This document shows, piece by piece, positions 38,020 through 49,200 of a DNA stretch of 64,000 bases (position 1 is its first letter; each line of letters begins with the position of its first letter). The notes beneath the pieces are model-generated. The model saw nothing but the letters and a program-made list of their open reading frames with translations. It searched no databases and was not told the origin of the DNA. The stretch is taken from the NCBI GenBank assembly GCA_018650795.1, contig JABIFG010000231.1, forward strand, positions 1,153-65,152, given 5' to 3'. The position numbers and the translations under genes were made by a program. This DNA is from Fidelibacterota bacterium. Its GTDB lineage: Bacteria; Fidelibacterota; UBA8477; JABMPR01.

Positions 38020-40026
38020 TTACTTTCCTAAGAAGGCTTTAATAATAATTTCAAAATCAAGGAGAATTGAATGATTGTGGAGATAATAGTTCAATAACGA
38101 ATACCTCTCATCTTGACTTAGCTGCGATCCCCCTCGTACGGATTCAAGACTGAAAATGCCACGTTTTATATCCCATCCTTTATCCATCAGATCAATTGGG
38201 GATCCGACCAGGCTCAACTTTCCCCGAATCACAAGTGGAAGCAAGCTTAAATTACTCCAAAATGAGAGCTGCCCATTGGGCATTTTATAGGTAAAATACG
38301 TCTTGCCGTACATTTTTGTTTCAACAGTTAACATTGACTTTGAGCGAATAGCCAAGGCTTGAAATGGTCTCATGAAAAGATATACAAATGGTGATATGAG
38401 CATATCTTCCAGTCGCTTGACAATTCGAGAACCGGTATGGAAGTATTTGAAATCCATATCTACAAATTGAACGGTTTGTAAATTTTCAACTGCAGATTTA
38501 CCAACTATAAAGGACAAGTTACCAGGGACGAGCTTGATTTTCACTCCCTGTTGACTCAATGTAGGTAAATAATCAAATATTTGGCTTAGCTCAACGTTAT
38601 CCGAGGTAAATATGACATCGTCAATCCGATGATATTGTACCAAGGCCATCAAATCATCGAGATGTCCAACAATTCTTTCATCCTTGTGATCTGCACCATC
38701 AGTAGTAACAATGCCTACCGGTGTATAGCCTAGTGCGAGGTTGGTCATCAGTCGTGAAAAGATATCACTGGCACTTTGGAAATCACCAATGACCAAAGTT
38801 CGCTGGGTTCCTAATTCAAAATTCTCGGTTCTACGTGAAGAAGCAAATATTCTCCACCCAGAAATCCAGAAGAGAGCTCCAAAATAGCTAATCAACATCA
38901 CAATTCGTGAGAATGCATAATCCTTGAAGAAGTATGTCAACGTAACATTTATTAGGAAACCCAGAGTCGCCGCAAGAATGGAGCGACTGACTGAATATTT
39001 GTAAGTTCTATACAATCCTAAGCTGGTGATAACTGCCAGCCAACTTCCCAGATAGACCGGAAGTACAAAAACATACTGATCCAGTACGTCGAAAGTTCTG
39101 AACTTGATGAATATGGCAATTAATGTGATGATAAGCAGACCGCTTAGATCCAGCACATAACCCATGGCATTCTGGCTTAATTTGCTCAGAACGGAGAGAA
39201 CGTATCTCGTAAAAATGCCAAGGCGTAGCACCCAATGGATAGGAAATCTCCGAGAAGTCTTGAAATGTTTTTTGGCAAAAATATCCATCGCCCGGTAAAA
39301 GTGGGTATTAGTATCCCACATGGCAACTTTGGAAGATTCACCCTTGTAATGAATGATGCTTGTTACGGGTGTGTAATAGACCTTCCAGGCGGATTGCCCA
39401 AACCTGAAACACCAGTCTAGATCTTCACCATACATAAAGAAAGTTTCATCCAGATTCCCAACTTCATCGAGCGCTTCTCGACGAATAAACATACATGATC
39501 CACTAATCGCTTCTACTTCATAGGCTTCATTCGGATCCAGGTGGGTGAGATTATAGCGACCAAACCACCTTGATTTCGGAAATATTTTTGCCAATCCAAG
39601 TAGTTTAGTAAAGGCTACCCAGGGTGTCGGGAAACTTCTCCGGCAGGCTAATTGGAGACTCCCATCATCATTAAGGATTTTGCAGCCTAATAAACCAATC
39701 TTCTGATCTGCTTCCATCACCTCAATTAGTTTTTGAGGAGTGTCTTCCTGGATCAGAGTATCAGGGTTGAGCAGCCAGACATACTCCCCAGTTGATTGTT
39801 TGATTGCCTGATTATTCGCTTTGGCAAATCCCTGGTTATGCTGGTTTTGAATAAGTTTGATTTGAGGAAACTGCGTCTGAAGCATTTCTATGCTGCCATC
39901 AACAGAATGGTTATCTACTACAAAGATTTCTGTATCAATTGATTGCGTGGATTTGAGGATACTCTCCAGCGCCTGTTGTAAAAAGGCTTTTACATTGAAA
40001 TTGACAATAACAATGGAGAGCTTCAT
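38020..40026 (-). CDS. GT2 glycosyltransferase fused to a membrane region, a CoA-binding-like domain and a sugar-transferase-like domain
   Basis: IVIVNFN, VVDNHSVDGS, GFAKANN, LLNPD and FFMYGEDLDWC. Then transmembrane helices, IDDVIF, KRLED, GKLSLVG and SILLDFEII. Confidence 0.88.
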   Translation of the reverse strand: MKLSIVIVNFNVKAFLQQALESILKSTQSIDTEIFVVDNHSVDGSIEMLQTQFPQIKLIQNQHNQGFAKANNQAIKQSTGEYVWLLNPDTLIQEDTPQKLIEVMEADQKIGLLGCKILNDDGSLQLACRRSFPTPWVAFTKLLGLAKIFPKSRWFGRYNLTHLDPNEAYEVEAISGSCMFIRREALDEVGNLDETFFMYGEDLDWCFRFGQSAWKVYYTPVTSIIHYKGESSKVAMWDTNTHFYRAMDIFAKKHFKTSRRFPIHWVLRLGIFTRYVLSVLSKLSQNAMGYVLDLSGLLIITLIAIFIKFRTFDVLDQYVFVLPVYLGSWLAVITSLGLYRTYKYSVSRSILAATLGFLINVTLTYFFKDYAFSRIVMLISYFGALFWISGWRIFASSRRTENFELGTQRTLVIGDFQSASDIFSRLMTNLALGYTPVGIVTTDGADHKDERIVGHLDDLMALVQYHRIDDVIFTSDNVELSQIFDYLPTLSQQGVKIKLVPGNLSFIVGKSAVENLQTVQFVDMDFKYFHTGSRIVKRLEDMLISPFVYLFMRPFQALAIRSKSMLTVETKMYGKTYFTYKMPNGQLSFWSNLSLLPLVIRGKLSLVGSPIDLMDKGWDIKRGIFSLESVRGGSQLSQDERYSLLNYYLHNHSILLDFEIIIKAFLGK

Positions 40027-40051
40027 AAAATTAGGGTTTTAAAGAGAGAAC

Positions 40052-40771
40052 TTAAATTTTTCCCAACAAAGCCATTAGACGTAACCACCAAACGCGCCAA
40101 ATTGCCTCTCGAACAATGGCTTTTGACATTTTGCTCTGGCCAACCGTACGATCTACGAATAGGATCGGTACCTCTTTCACACGATCCGGGGCTTTTCTCC
40201 AGGCTCTGAAATTCATCTCGACCTGGAAGGAGTAGCCATTACTTCTAACTTTATCAAGATTTAGTTGCTTCAAAAAGGAAACCCGCCAACATTTAAATCC
40301 GCCAGTGCCATCGTTCACAGGCATACGGGTAATCATCTGAATATACTTACTGGCGAAATAACTCAGCATAAGCCGTTGAAGTGGCCAGTTTACAACACTG
40401 ATTCCGTTTAAATAGCGTGATCCAATAACCAGATCATTGGTTTCTATTTCTTTGAGAAATGTCTCAATGACTTCAGGATCATGTGAAAAATCTCCATCCA
40501 TCTGAACAACAGTATCATAGTCGTTCTCAATGGCGTAGGTAAATCCAGCGATATAGGCTGTTCCAAGCCCCAGTTTACCAGCTCTTTCCATGAGATGGAG
40601 AGCTGGGGAACTTTTCTGACGCTCCTTTACCAGATCGGCAGTACCATCTGGTGAACCGTCATCCACGATAAGAATGTCTGTTTTGACCTTAAGAGATAGA
40701 ACTTTGTCTATAACGAGAAGAATATTCTCTTTTTCATTATAAGTAGGGATTATTGTTAAATTACGCGACAT
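40052..40771 (-). CDS. Polyprenol monophosphomannose synthase (GT2, DPM1-like)
   Basis: IIPTYNE, VDDGSPDGT, GKLGLGTAY, QMDGDFSHDP, GYSFQVE and GQSKMS. Confidence 0.93.
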   Translation of the reverse strand: MSRNLTIIPTYNEKENILLVIDKVLSLKVKTDILIVDDGSPDGTADLVKERQKSSPALHLMERAGKLGLGTAYIAGFTYAIENDYDTVVQMDGDFSHDPEVIETFLKEIETNDLVIGSRYLNGISVVNWPLQRLMLSYFASKYIQMITRMPVNDGTGGFKCWRVSFLKQLNLDKVRSNGYSFQVEMNFRAWRKAPDRVKEVPILFVDRTVGQSKMSKAIVREAIWRVWWLRLMALLGKI

Positions 40772-41645
40772 CCATTTCTTCCTTTAACAGAGCGAGTTCT
40801 TCATCAATACTGAGGATTGGTACACCCAGCTCTTTGTTCAATTTTTCGCAAATCAGTCCACTCCGCAGAGGTCGAGGAGCTTTCTGATTTAAGTCTACCG
40901 TCGAAATTGCATTAATTAAAGCAGAGGACAACCCAAAAGTATCTGCAATTTTTAATGCAAAAGTATAACGAGACACAACCTCTTTTGATCCAAAATGCCA
41001 AATACCCCATGCTTTTTGATCTAAAACCAATCTTGTTACCCAGGCCAGACGGCGTGCATAGGTAGGATTATTGTACTGATCATCGACTATGCGAACGGAT
41101 CGTTCGTTTTTCAATTCATTTACCAGCCATTCTACAAAACTGCTACTTAGGTGTTTCCCATGACCATACATCACATTGGGTCGAATAACTGCAGCCTTTG
41201 CACCAGATTCCAATACAACAGTCTCTCCGGCAAGTTTGGATTCTGCATATTTGCCTCTGGCATCACACTGATCTGACTCAGCGTACGGACCGGAATCTCC
41301 ACTAAAGACATAGTCAGTTGATATGTGAACCAGCGGTATATCCAGATCAAGACAAATATTGGCAATGTATTTAGGAACCTCGGCGTTGACTGCGAAAGCA
41401 ATCTCATGATCATCCTCTGCCCGATCAACATTTGTATAAGCGGCAGTATGGATAATTTTACCAGGTCTTACTTGATTGATATGCTCACCTAAAGCATTCG
41501 TATTATTCAGATCCATTTGTTTGACATGGATATGGTCCAAATCTTCAAATATGCCTGGATTTAAATCCAGTCCAAATATCTCATGGTCGTGGCCATATTC
41601 TTGGACAAGATTCTGCCCGAGTAATCCATTAATACCTGTTATCAA
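40761..41645 (-). CDS. rfbD: dTDP-4-dehydrorhamnose reductase family; start probably 15 nt further upstream
   Basis: TGINGLLG, AAYTNVDRAE, HISTDYVFSG, YAESKLAGE, DQYNNPT and APRP. Confidence 0.88.
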   Translation of the reverse strand: MITGINGLLGQNLVQEYGHDHEIFGLDLNPGIFEDLDHIHVKQMDLNNTNALGEHINQVRPGKIIHTAAYTNVDRAEDDHEIAFAVNAEVPKYIANICLDLDIPLVHISTDYVFSGDSGPYAESDQCDARGKYAESKLAGETVVLESGAKAAVIRPNVMYGHGKHLSSSFVEWLVNELKNERSVRIVDDQYNNPTYARRLAWVTRLVLDQKAWGIWHFGSKEVVSRYTFALKIADTFGLSSALINAISTVDLNQKAPRPLRSGLICEKLNKELGVPILSIDEELALLKEEMDVA

Positions 41646-41671
41646 TACACTATTATTAATAGGACAAATCC

Positions 41672-42700
41672 TTAATCTGTTTGAAATACTTCAGTATCAA
41701 ATGTTCTGATGATGGTTTCCATTTGCCGGATATAAGGTAATTTGGCCTTCTCCGGTGCATGGACAATGCCTGAAACAAGATAAATGCGGTCTTTTACTGG
41801 TTCATAAAAACCATAAGCAATGAAGGGTCCGCCTTTGACTTCAGATTTTGATTCCCATAAACCGAAATACTTAAAAGCTGAATATTGCTTAAACCAAATC
41901 GACTCTGATGTCAAATAATCCCGATTCAATTGTACATCTCTGAGCTTGCGTCCAAAAGTCGAGGCCAATAAATTATTTAACTGATACTCAAGGGTAGAAT
42001 CACTGGGTTCTGCCCAGGACACTGATAACCACCGATATGGGAAATCACGACCTAACCAGACCAGTTTATCTTTTGGCCGATTTTCGATCTCAACGTAATC
42101 GTGCATCATTCTCAGGTAAAAGCCGTATTGGTCAAAGTACTTTTGAGCAAGCTCAAATTGCTCACCTGATCTATAGATGAATGCAGTATTCCGCTCATAC
42201 ATTTTATGCTCGATAAAATTGAAGATTTGATCCTGATTAATCTCAAGTTTATTGCGGAGATCTGCCAGCGATTTACCTACGACAACAACCAGGGCTTGAC
42301 CAGTTGCATAAGCGTCTCCTTGAAGATAGAAGCCTTTTGGGTTCTCTCGCATATTACTGATAGTAGAATCTGGGAGCATGGACCTGACTTGTGGAGTAAC
42401 CTTACTTTTTTCCTCAAGACGAGTGAGTATCAACAAATTTTTGTTCAATATATTTGCATTTAAATCATTTGGACTGATTCTTTGAAACGAGTAAAGGGTC
42501 TCTGTAGGAGGAGTTTGATAAACTTTGCCAAGCGTTTGTGCCAAAATAGGTTCGCAGGCTTCCCAGTTCCTATCATCACACACTACAGTGATGATATCAT
42601 CATATCCAATGGCTTTTTCCTTGGGTCTTTCACAAGATCCAAGGGTCAGCAAAAACACTAAACCAATTAGAGAATACTGAATAATATTAATCTTTCTCAT
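41672..42700 (-). CDS. DUF4837-like lipoprotein
   Basis: Lipobox LGSC, YATGQ, GLWE...GGPF and APEKAKLPYIRQME. Confidence 0.75.
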   Translation of the reverse strand: MRKINIIQYSLIGLVFLLTLGSCERPKEKAIGYDDIITVVCDDRNWEACEPILAQTLGKVYQTPPTETLYSFQRISPNDLNANILNKNLLILTRLEEKSKVTPQVRSMLPDSTISNMRENPKGFYLQGDAYATGQALVVVVGKSLADLRNKLEINQDQIFNFIEHKMYERNTAFIYRSGEQFELAQKYFDQYGFYLRMMHDYVEIENRPKDKLVWLGRDFPYRWLSVSWAEPSDSTLEYQLNNLLASTFGRKLRDVQLNRDYLTSESIWFKQYSAFKYFGLWESKSEVKGGPFIAYGFYEPVKDRIYLVSGIVHAPEKAKLPYIRQMETIIRTFDTEVFQTD

Positions 42701-42771
42701 GAAGCATACTCCCCTCTTTCACAAATAAAACGAAGCCTAAATTTATTATAGTACATAGTCTCTCACAGTTA

Positions 42772-44871
42772 TTATTTGTCTACTAACTCAAAATCTGCCA
42801 GCCCCTCAGAAATTGAGACTGACGCAACTTTTACTCTCACAGGATCACCTAAGCGGTACATTTTCCGTGTACGCCTGCCAGTGAGAGAGAAATTATTCTC
42901 TTCATATTCGTAATAATCGTCGGTGAGGTTGCCGGCATGCACGAGTCCATCAACAAAGCTTTCAGCCAGCTCAACAAAAAATCCAAAATTGAGAACACCA
43001 GAAATAACTCCTTCAAATTCCTGACCAATTCTTTTACTGAGATATTGGAGTTGTTTCATCTTCATGTGATCACGTTCGGCTTCAATTGCCACTCTTTCCC
43101 TCTGAGAACAGTGCTCAGCCAGTTTCTCAAGCGAGACCAGTGACGGTGGAGTTGCACTTGTCTGCTTGACATACTGTTTGAGGAGACGATGAACTGTCAA
43201 ATCGGGGTAACGTCTGATTGGCGATGTAAAGTGAGTATATGACTTAAACGCCAGTCCAAAATGTCCCTTATTTTCTACGGAATATTTGGCCTTGGTCATG
43301 GATCGGAGAGCAACTTTCTCAATAAAATGTCGATAAGGGCTCTCTCTCACAGCCTCGACCAACACCTGGTAGTCCTTAGGTCTCACAGGAGTCTTAATCT
43401 TTTGAGGTATTTTCAGACGGTCCAGGATCATTTGCAATTTTGTGATGTCATCCGATGAAGGTGTCTCGTGGATTCTATAAATTCCCGGCAATTTTGCTTT
43501 TACATATTTTTCATCCAGAAATTCTGCGGTCACACGGTTGGCTGCCAGCATGAATTCTTCGACCAGGCGATGCGCGGTCAGCCGTTTGGATGGTTTGATA
43601 TCATGCGGGAACCCAGTTTCATCCAGCATTACGATCGGTTCAGGTAAGTCAAGATCAATACTCCCGCGTGCTTTCCGGTTCTTGAAAAGGACTTTTCGGA
43701 GTTTTTCCATTTCAAGAATTTGGTCGGCATAAGTATTTGATTTCCCCAAAATGATTTCTTCAACCTCTTCATAGCTATAGCGCTGTTTCGAATGGATGAC
43801 TGAACTCATGATCTTTGATTTGATGAATTGTCCATCTCGTCCAATATCCATCAGACAAGTCATACTGAGCCTGTCGATATGAGGTTTAAGAGAGCACAAA
43901 TCTGAGGCCAATTTTTCAGGTAACATGTGAATGGCCGTTCCTACAAGGTATACGCTTGATCCACGCTTTCTCGCGCCCCTATCAATTGGACTTCCAGGCA
44001 CCACATAATGGGATACATCAGCAATATGGACACCAAGAGTCCAGCCAGATTTGGTTCGCTCAATCGAGACTGCATCATCGAAATCCTGGGCACTTTCTGG
44101 ATCGATGGTGAAACATGTGAGGTGTCTCAGATCTGTCCTATGTTCGATTTCATCCTGAACACTTTGCTCTGAATAAGATTCAGCCTGCTCCAATGATTTT
44201 GAGGTCCATGTTGTTGGCAAATCATGTTGTTGAACTATTAAAGCGATATCCACGCCTGGATCGCCAGGATAGCCGAGAACGTCTTTAATACTGACAAGTG
44301 GCTCTGGATGTCCTTCATCCCATTTAATGAGCTCAACGCTCACCATATGCCCATCTCTGGCTGTGCTTTGTCTGCCCTCATACACAGCAAATCTCACACG
44401 AATTCGTTTATCCTCAGGAACAACCCATTCTCCAAAACGATCCTGCTGATAGACACCCACAAATTCTGTTTGATGTCTTTTAATAACTTCAATGATCTGA
44501 GCTTCAGGCTTATCACCCCTTTGTTTTTTAAGAATCTGAACCCGGACGAGATCTTTATGAAAGGCGTGCTGCATATGCTGAGCACGAATAAATACTTCAC
44601 TGCCGTCCTGCAATTCAACAAATCCAAAGCCCCTTGAAGTAACTGCAAGGATACCGGTTTTCTGCTGTTGTTTGGGTTTGTAGGCGTACTGATGGCGACC
44701 TTTTTGTTCAATTTTCCCATTACGATATAACTCCAGCAAAAGAATCTTCAGTGTCCGGTAATCTCGATCTTTGATTCGCGCAGCTTTCATAATTGCACGG
44801 GGCTTATACCAGCGACCCTGGTTTCGTTGGAAAGTATCCATTATTTTCTTTTCGACTATTGATCGATCCAT
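42772..44871 (-). CDS. rnr: Ribonuclease R
   Basis: GFGFV cold-shock domain, FTIDPESAQDFDDA, HIADVSHYV, VEEFMLAAN, YTHFTSPIRRYPDL and a C-terminal S1 domain. Confidence 0.97.
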   Translation of the reverse strand: MDRSIVEKKIMDTFQRNQGRWYKPRAIMKAARIKDRDYRTLKILLLELYRNGKIEQKGRHQYAYKPKQQQKTGILAVTSRGFGFVELQDGSEVFIRAQHMQHAFHKDLVRVQILKKQRGDKPEAQIIEVIKRHQTEFVGVYQQDRFGEWVVPEDKRIRVRFAVYEGRQSTARDGHMVSVELIKWDEGHPEPLVSIKDVLGYPGDPGVDIALIVQQHDLPTTWTSKSLEQAESYSEQSVQDEIEHRTDLRHLTCFTIDPESAQDFDDAVSIERTKSGWTLGVHIADVSHYVVPGSPIDRGARKRGSSVYLVGTAIHMLPEKLASDLCSLKPHIDRLSMTCLMDIGRDGQFIKSKIMSSVIHSKQRYSYEEVEEIILGKSNTYADQILEMEKLRKVLFKNRKARGSIDLDLPEPIVMLDETGFPHDIKPSKRLTAHRLVEEFMLAANRVTAEFLDEKYVKAKLPGIYRIHETPSSDDITKLQMILDRLKIPQKIKTPVRPKDYQVLVEAVRESPYRHFIEKVALRSMTKAKYSVENKGHFGLAFKSYTHFTSPIRRYPDLTVHRLLKQYVKQTSATPPSLVSLEKLAEHCSQRERVAIEAERDHMKMKQLQYLSKRIGQEFEGVISGVLNFGFFVELAESFVDGLVHAGNLTDDYYEYEENNFSLTGRRTRKMYRLGDPVRVKVASVSISEGLADFELVDK

Positions 44872-46256
44872 GAAATACCTCCAGAATATTCAATGTGGAA
44901 AAAACTATTACTCAATTTAACTCCTTTATGTGAAGCAAGAATCAGTCTGATAGGACCTCTTCCACTTCGTAATTGAATGCCCAGACCATATCCCTGGAGG
45001 GCATCAATATCATTATCAGCATTATGCAAACCAATATCATAAAACGCAAGGATTTGCGATTGGCTCCCAATCATGAGATGCAGGGTGTTCTGCATGCTTA
45101 TTGTGTTTGGCGACCGTAAATAGGCTTCCTCGTAGCCCCTGACACTATTTACACCACCAAGCGGAACCAGAATAGATGGATCAGATTGTGATGTTGAATG
45201 GTTTTGGATGCTTGCCCTGGTTCTTTGTGAGACAAACAGATTATCAACAAGATTGATTTGAGCTTCAGAGCGAAGGGTAAACTTTCTGATTGCCTCCGGT
45301 TCAAAATTCATTTCCTGAAATAGCATGGTTTTAAGAGATAGTCCTCGATGCACTTGTGCATTTAAATTCGATTGCCGATATCCCAGACCTAACAAGCGCT
45401 TCTTATCAGGTTCCCATTCCGGAAAAAGTAAGGCTCCTTCATGAGTAATAATGGATTCATTCTTTTCGTATGAAAAATGAATGGATCGCTGCCAATCAAG
45501 ATCCCATTCCAACCCCAGACTAGTTTGAACAATCTGATAGTTACCATTTATGACTTCCCTGCCAAACTGAAAGGTTCCCGAAATGGGCAGCTCAAATATC
45601 CAGGGATACCGTAAGCCAAGATTGAAAGATTCAGAATTGGATTTGAGTCGTTCCCAGGAAAAATCAAATGATTTTCCCTTCCCATCAAAATTAGGAATGT
45701 TCACATTTATTTGACCATACCAGGCAATCGTGTCTGCAGTACCACTTCTGTTAAAACTAGCTAAGCCCTGGGCTTGCATCTCGGGAAAATTATTAACTTC
45801 ATAATCCATATGATAGTCACCATTGGAATCCTTAGTCAATTGAGCATCTCTGGACAATTGATATCCAAGATCTGTTATTTTACTTTCCGCGAGGGGTATC
45901 TGATTACTGGATATAGTTGATTTCCCCATTTTGAATTCTTTTTTCAGATAGTGCGAATCTTTGTCTTTTAATCCTGAAAAATGGACATATCGAAGTGAGA
46001 CAGGAATGCCAGGATTGATCCGGGCTTTGATAAAACCCGGTTTTGTTTCGTCAGTTGACAATTCGACTACTGCATCCCAATAACCACTCGCGGAAAATAC
46101 TGCTAAGCTACTCTCCAGAATAGAGTCAAGCTGTGCTGGTTGAACCATGAGAGTATCAGTTACATCAGGCTGTATGAGCACAAGCTGTATTTGTTGACCA
46201 GGCAAAGGTCCCATCAACATAGTTAGTGTATTTAATATGATGAATAGGCGTTTCAT
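44856..46256 (-). CDS. Omp85/BamA-TamA-family outer-membrane protein (short form)
   Basis: Signal peptide, POTRA-like region, YPWIF, LGGVNSVRGYEE, FYDIG and GYGLGI. Confidence 0.75.
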   Translation of the reverse strand: MKRLFIILNTLTMLMGPLPGQQIQLVLIQPDVTDTLMVQPAQLDSILESSLAVFSASGYWDAVVELSTDETKPGFIKARINPGIPVSLRYVHFSGLKDKDSHYLKKEFKMGKSTISSNQIPLAESKITDLGYQLSRDAQLTKDSNGDYHMDYEVNNFPEMQAQGLASFNRSGTADTIAWYGQINVNIPNFDGKGKSFDFSWERLKSNSESFNLGLRYPWIFELPISGTFQFGREVINGNYQIVQTSLGLEWDLDWQRSIHFSYEKNESIITHEGALLFPEWEPDKKRLLGLGYRQSNLNAQVHRGLSLKTMLFQEMNFEPEAIRKFTLRSEAQINLVDNLFVSQRTRASIQNHSTSQSDPSILVPLGGVNSVRGYEEAYLRSPNTISMQNTLHLMIGSQSQILAFYDIGLHNADNDIDALQGYGLGIQLRSGRGPIRLILASHKGVKLSNSFFHIEYSGGISWIDQ

Positions 46257-49200
46257 TAGAAGTGACTTCTGCCCTCCAACCGCAAATATTGTTCACTATT
46301 ATTACCCCCACGTTTTTGAATACTGTAGTTCATGGAGATTTGAAACATACTTGAAAAAGTATAGCGGCTGTTTGCAGAATATTTCCAGTTATTACCGGGT
46401 TGTCTACCTGAAAATACGGAGTATGGAATCACCTGTACATCTGCCTGTACATCGGAAAGCGATAATTGCTGATCAATTCTACCACGACGCTTGATACGCA
46501 GAGAATGATTTGCATAAACGAAGAGCTCTGCATAATCTTTATCTATCTGGTTGTCAGTCACCATAGAGTACTTAAATTCAAGTTTTAATTTTTGTTGCGC
46601 AGACATTTTTATAACATGATTTAAATAGGGTCTTGAGGATACCCAATGTTCATGGGCTAACGGATTGTATTCCAATTGTCGTTCTCGAGATTCGAACACA
46701 ACGCCCAGTTTAGATTGGTTACTGGGATTCCATAAGAAATCAGCTTCTGCACCATGCGACAAATATTCGTTCTCCTCGGTTCCATAGTTATATAATGTGG
46801 AACTATTCCTGGTGGATTTTCCGGCATATGCAATCTTGGTGAAGGAGATCGACTGACCCGTTTGAATATCGAAATTCATGCTTAGCAGAGACTGATTCTG
46901 GATTGTGGTATTGCTTTGAATCTCCTGTTTTAGTTTGGACTCATAGCCGAACCGACTTTTGAATGCAATTTCATTCATTTTCCCATAATTCTCAGAAGCA
47001 TATTCCAGTCGGGTTTTATTATCGTATTTCCTGACTTGTTCTTCTCGATCTGAAAAGATGCGTTGCCGAATAAACCGACCCCCGTGCAATGGGATATAAT
47101 CTTGAATAGCTGGATCAAAACTATAGTCGCCATAGCCTGTATCTACCTCAATATAGTGGTAATCGTATTTGGGGATATGCTCTTCATCCAATAGGTAATG
47201 TTCCTGAAACTTTAGTTTACCCTCTAATGCTTTTCCATTTAGCTGAAAATTGCCAAGATAGTACTTCTTCACGGCCCCACTGTCGCTTTGATGCTCGCGA
47301 TATTTCATATTGAGTTGACCCTGGGAGTTCAAGAAATCACTAAAATGATATTCTGTGACCCAGTCCTGACGCTGGTCAGACCATTTTTTAATATTCTGAG
47401 AACTCAAAATAGTCTGATTGGACTGGAAAAGTCTATAATCCAGTCTACGGTCATACTGGATCACAAATTTATGTTTTTCAGAATGTATATAGGATGCTTC
47501 CAGGCCTGTAGTCAGATGATCATTTGTAGCATAGAATGTGGAAGCCGATCCATCCTCAAGGTCGAAATTGAATCCAGTTGATATTTTTTTCCGATTATAG
47601 ACAGCTTCAAAATTATGTTGTTGACTCAGCGTACTATCCAGGTTGGTAAAAATGGCTGAGTAATTAGCAACCAGTGGCGCAGAGAGAGCTGATTTACCCT
47701 CAACCTGGACTTGCTGTCCCACGAGGACGTCTGATCGCTTCATCTGTGAGATAGATGTCTTGAGATAATTCTGCTGCCCTAGACGAATATGACCATATCT
47801 GAGTCGCTCCTCTTCAGCGATTCTGGCCTTTAGATGCCATCTGCGATAGTATTCTAATGATTCAAGAGCATCGTGACTGACATAACCTGACTCAAAATAC
47901 TTATCACCCCATCGAAACTCATAATTTGGTCGAGTGAAACCGGTATTGATGTCCCAGGCCAACTTTTGAACACCGCTGGGACTTGTGGCATATAAATTTT
48001 TGGTATCTTGAGATAAACCGATATCAAAATTGGCAACAAGTCCACCTGTACGAGCATGGCCAGAAAGAGAAAATATTGATAGAGCTTGAGGCGCTACAAA
48101 TTGCTGAGTAGGTAGATATTCGCCATTGTCCTCATCAAACACGTAGAACTGACCATCTGCAGCGAGTTCTTTACGATACTGTCCCCTGTCAAGACCCACA
48201 AAATTGAAATCTACTGTAAAATGCCCGAGCTGGTCCCCCATATAGATCAAGATCCCAGAATCATCCATATCATAATTACCGTTTGTTGAATCTGGCACTA
48301 TACCACTGATCTCTGATGTCGCATTGCTGGCACTGAGATCACCAAAGATGTCCTGGAGTTGGTCTGCTTCAACATTTCCCAGGGGATTGTTCTGATCATC
48401 CCTGATGTCTTGCCAGGAAGCTGAGATGAAAAATGGCGAATCAGTCCGATTGCCCAAAGCTACTTCCCCACTGATCAGTTGTTTCCCAAATGAGTAAGAC
48501 GCGAGGTAAATATCAGGTACGTACTCAAATTCAACGCTGATTCTTGAATTAGCTGAAAGAATATGACTCTGGGTAAAGTGTATCTCTGCTGCATTATAAT
48601 CAATGATGTAGTCATCATCTTCACCACGGACGAGCAGATGATCGTTCAGCTTAATCTTTTCCGAACCAGCTAATATGATGATAAACCTTTCACCATTACT
48701 GCCAGATAACCGGTAAGGTCCCTGTTTGCCATCCTTCCCTTGAATTTGGAGCAGATGATACTTTCCATAACTAAAACCTAAAGCACCCTTTAAACTACCC
48801 ATACTGGAATTGGTCTGGATACTGATTCCTTCTATAGATCGATTTACTTGACCGAATTTTCCATTTTTGAGCTGTAAGTCAATATCACCAATAGAAGCAT
48901 TCAAAGCTGGGCCATCAATTCGCACCATGACACGTTCAAAATCATTCAAACGCCTCGTATTGCCGATTGGTTGAAGTGGGGAAGTCTTGTCTGTCAACAC
49001 ACCCTGAACAGTATATTGATCACTCAAATTCCCCTTGATCTTGAGATACATACTTGATTGTAATGAAACGCTGGAGTTGCTGGATACTTGAATGCCCCTG
49101 GTAATACTTCCCACTGCATCAAGCCCGTGTTCCTCGGTTTTAGTAGATGATTCATGCAGCATATCGGGTTTAACAGTATCCCTGATAGATGAATATTCTG

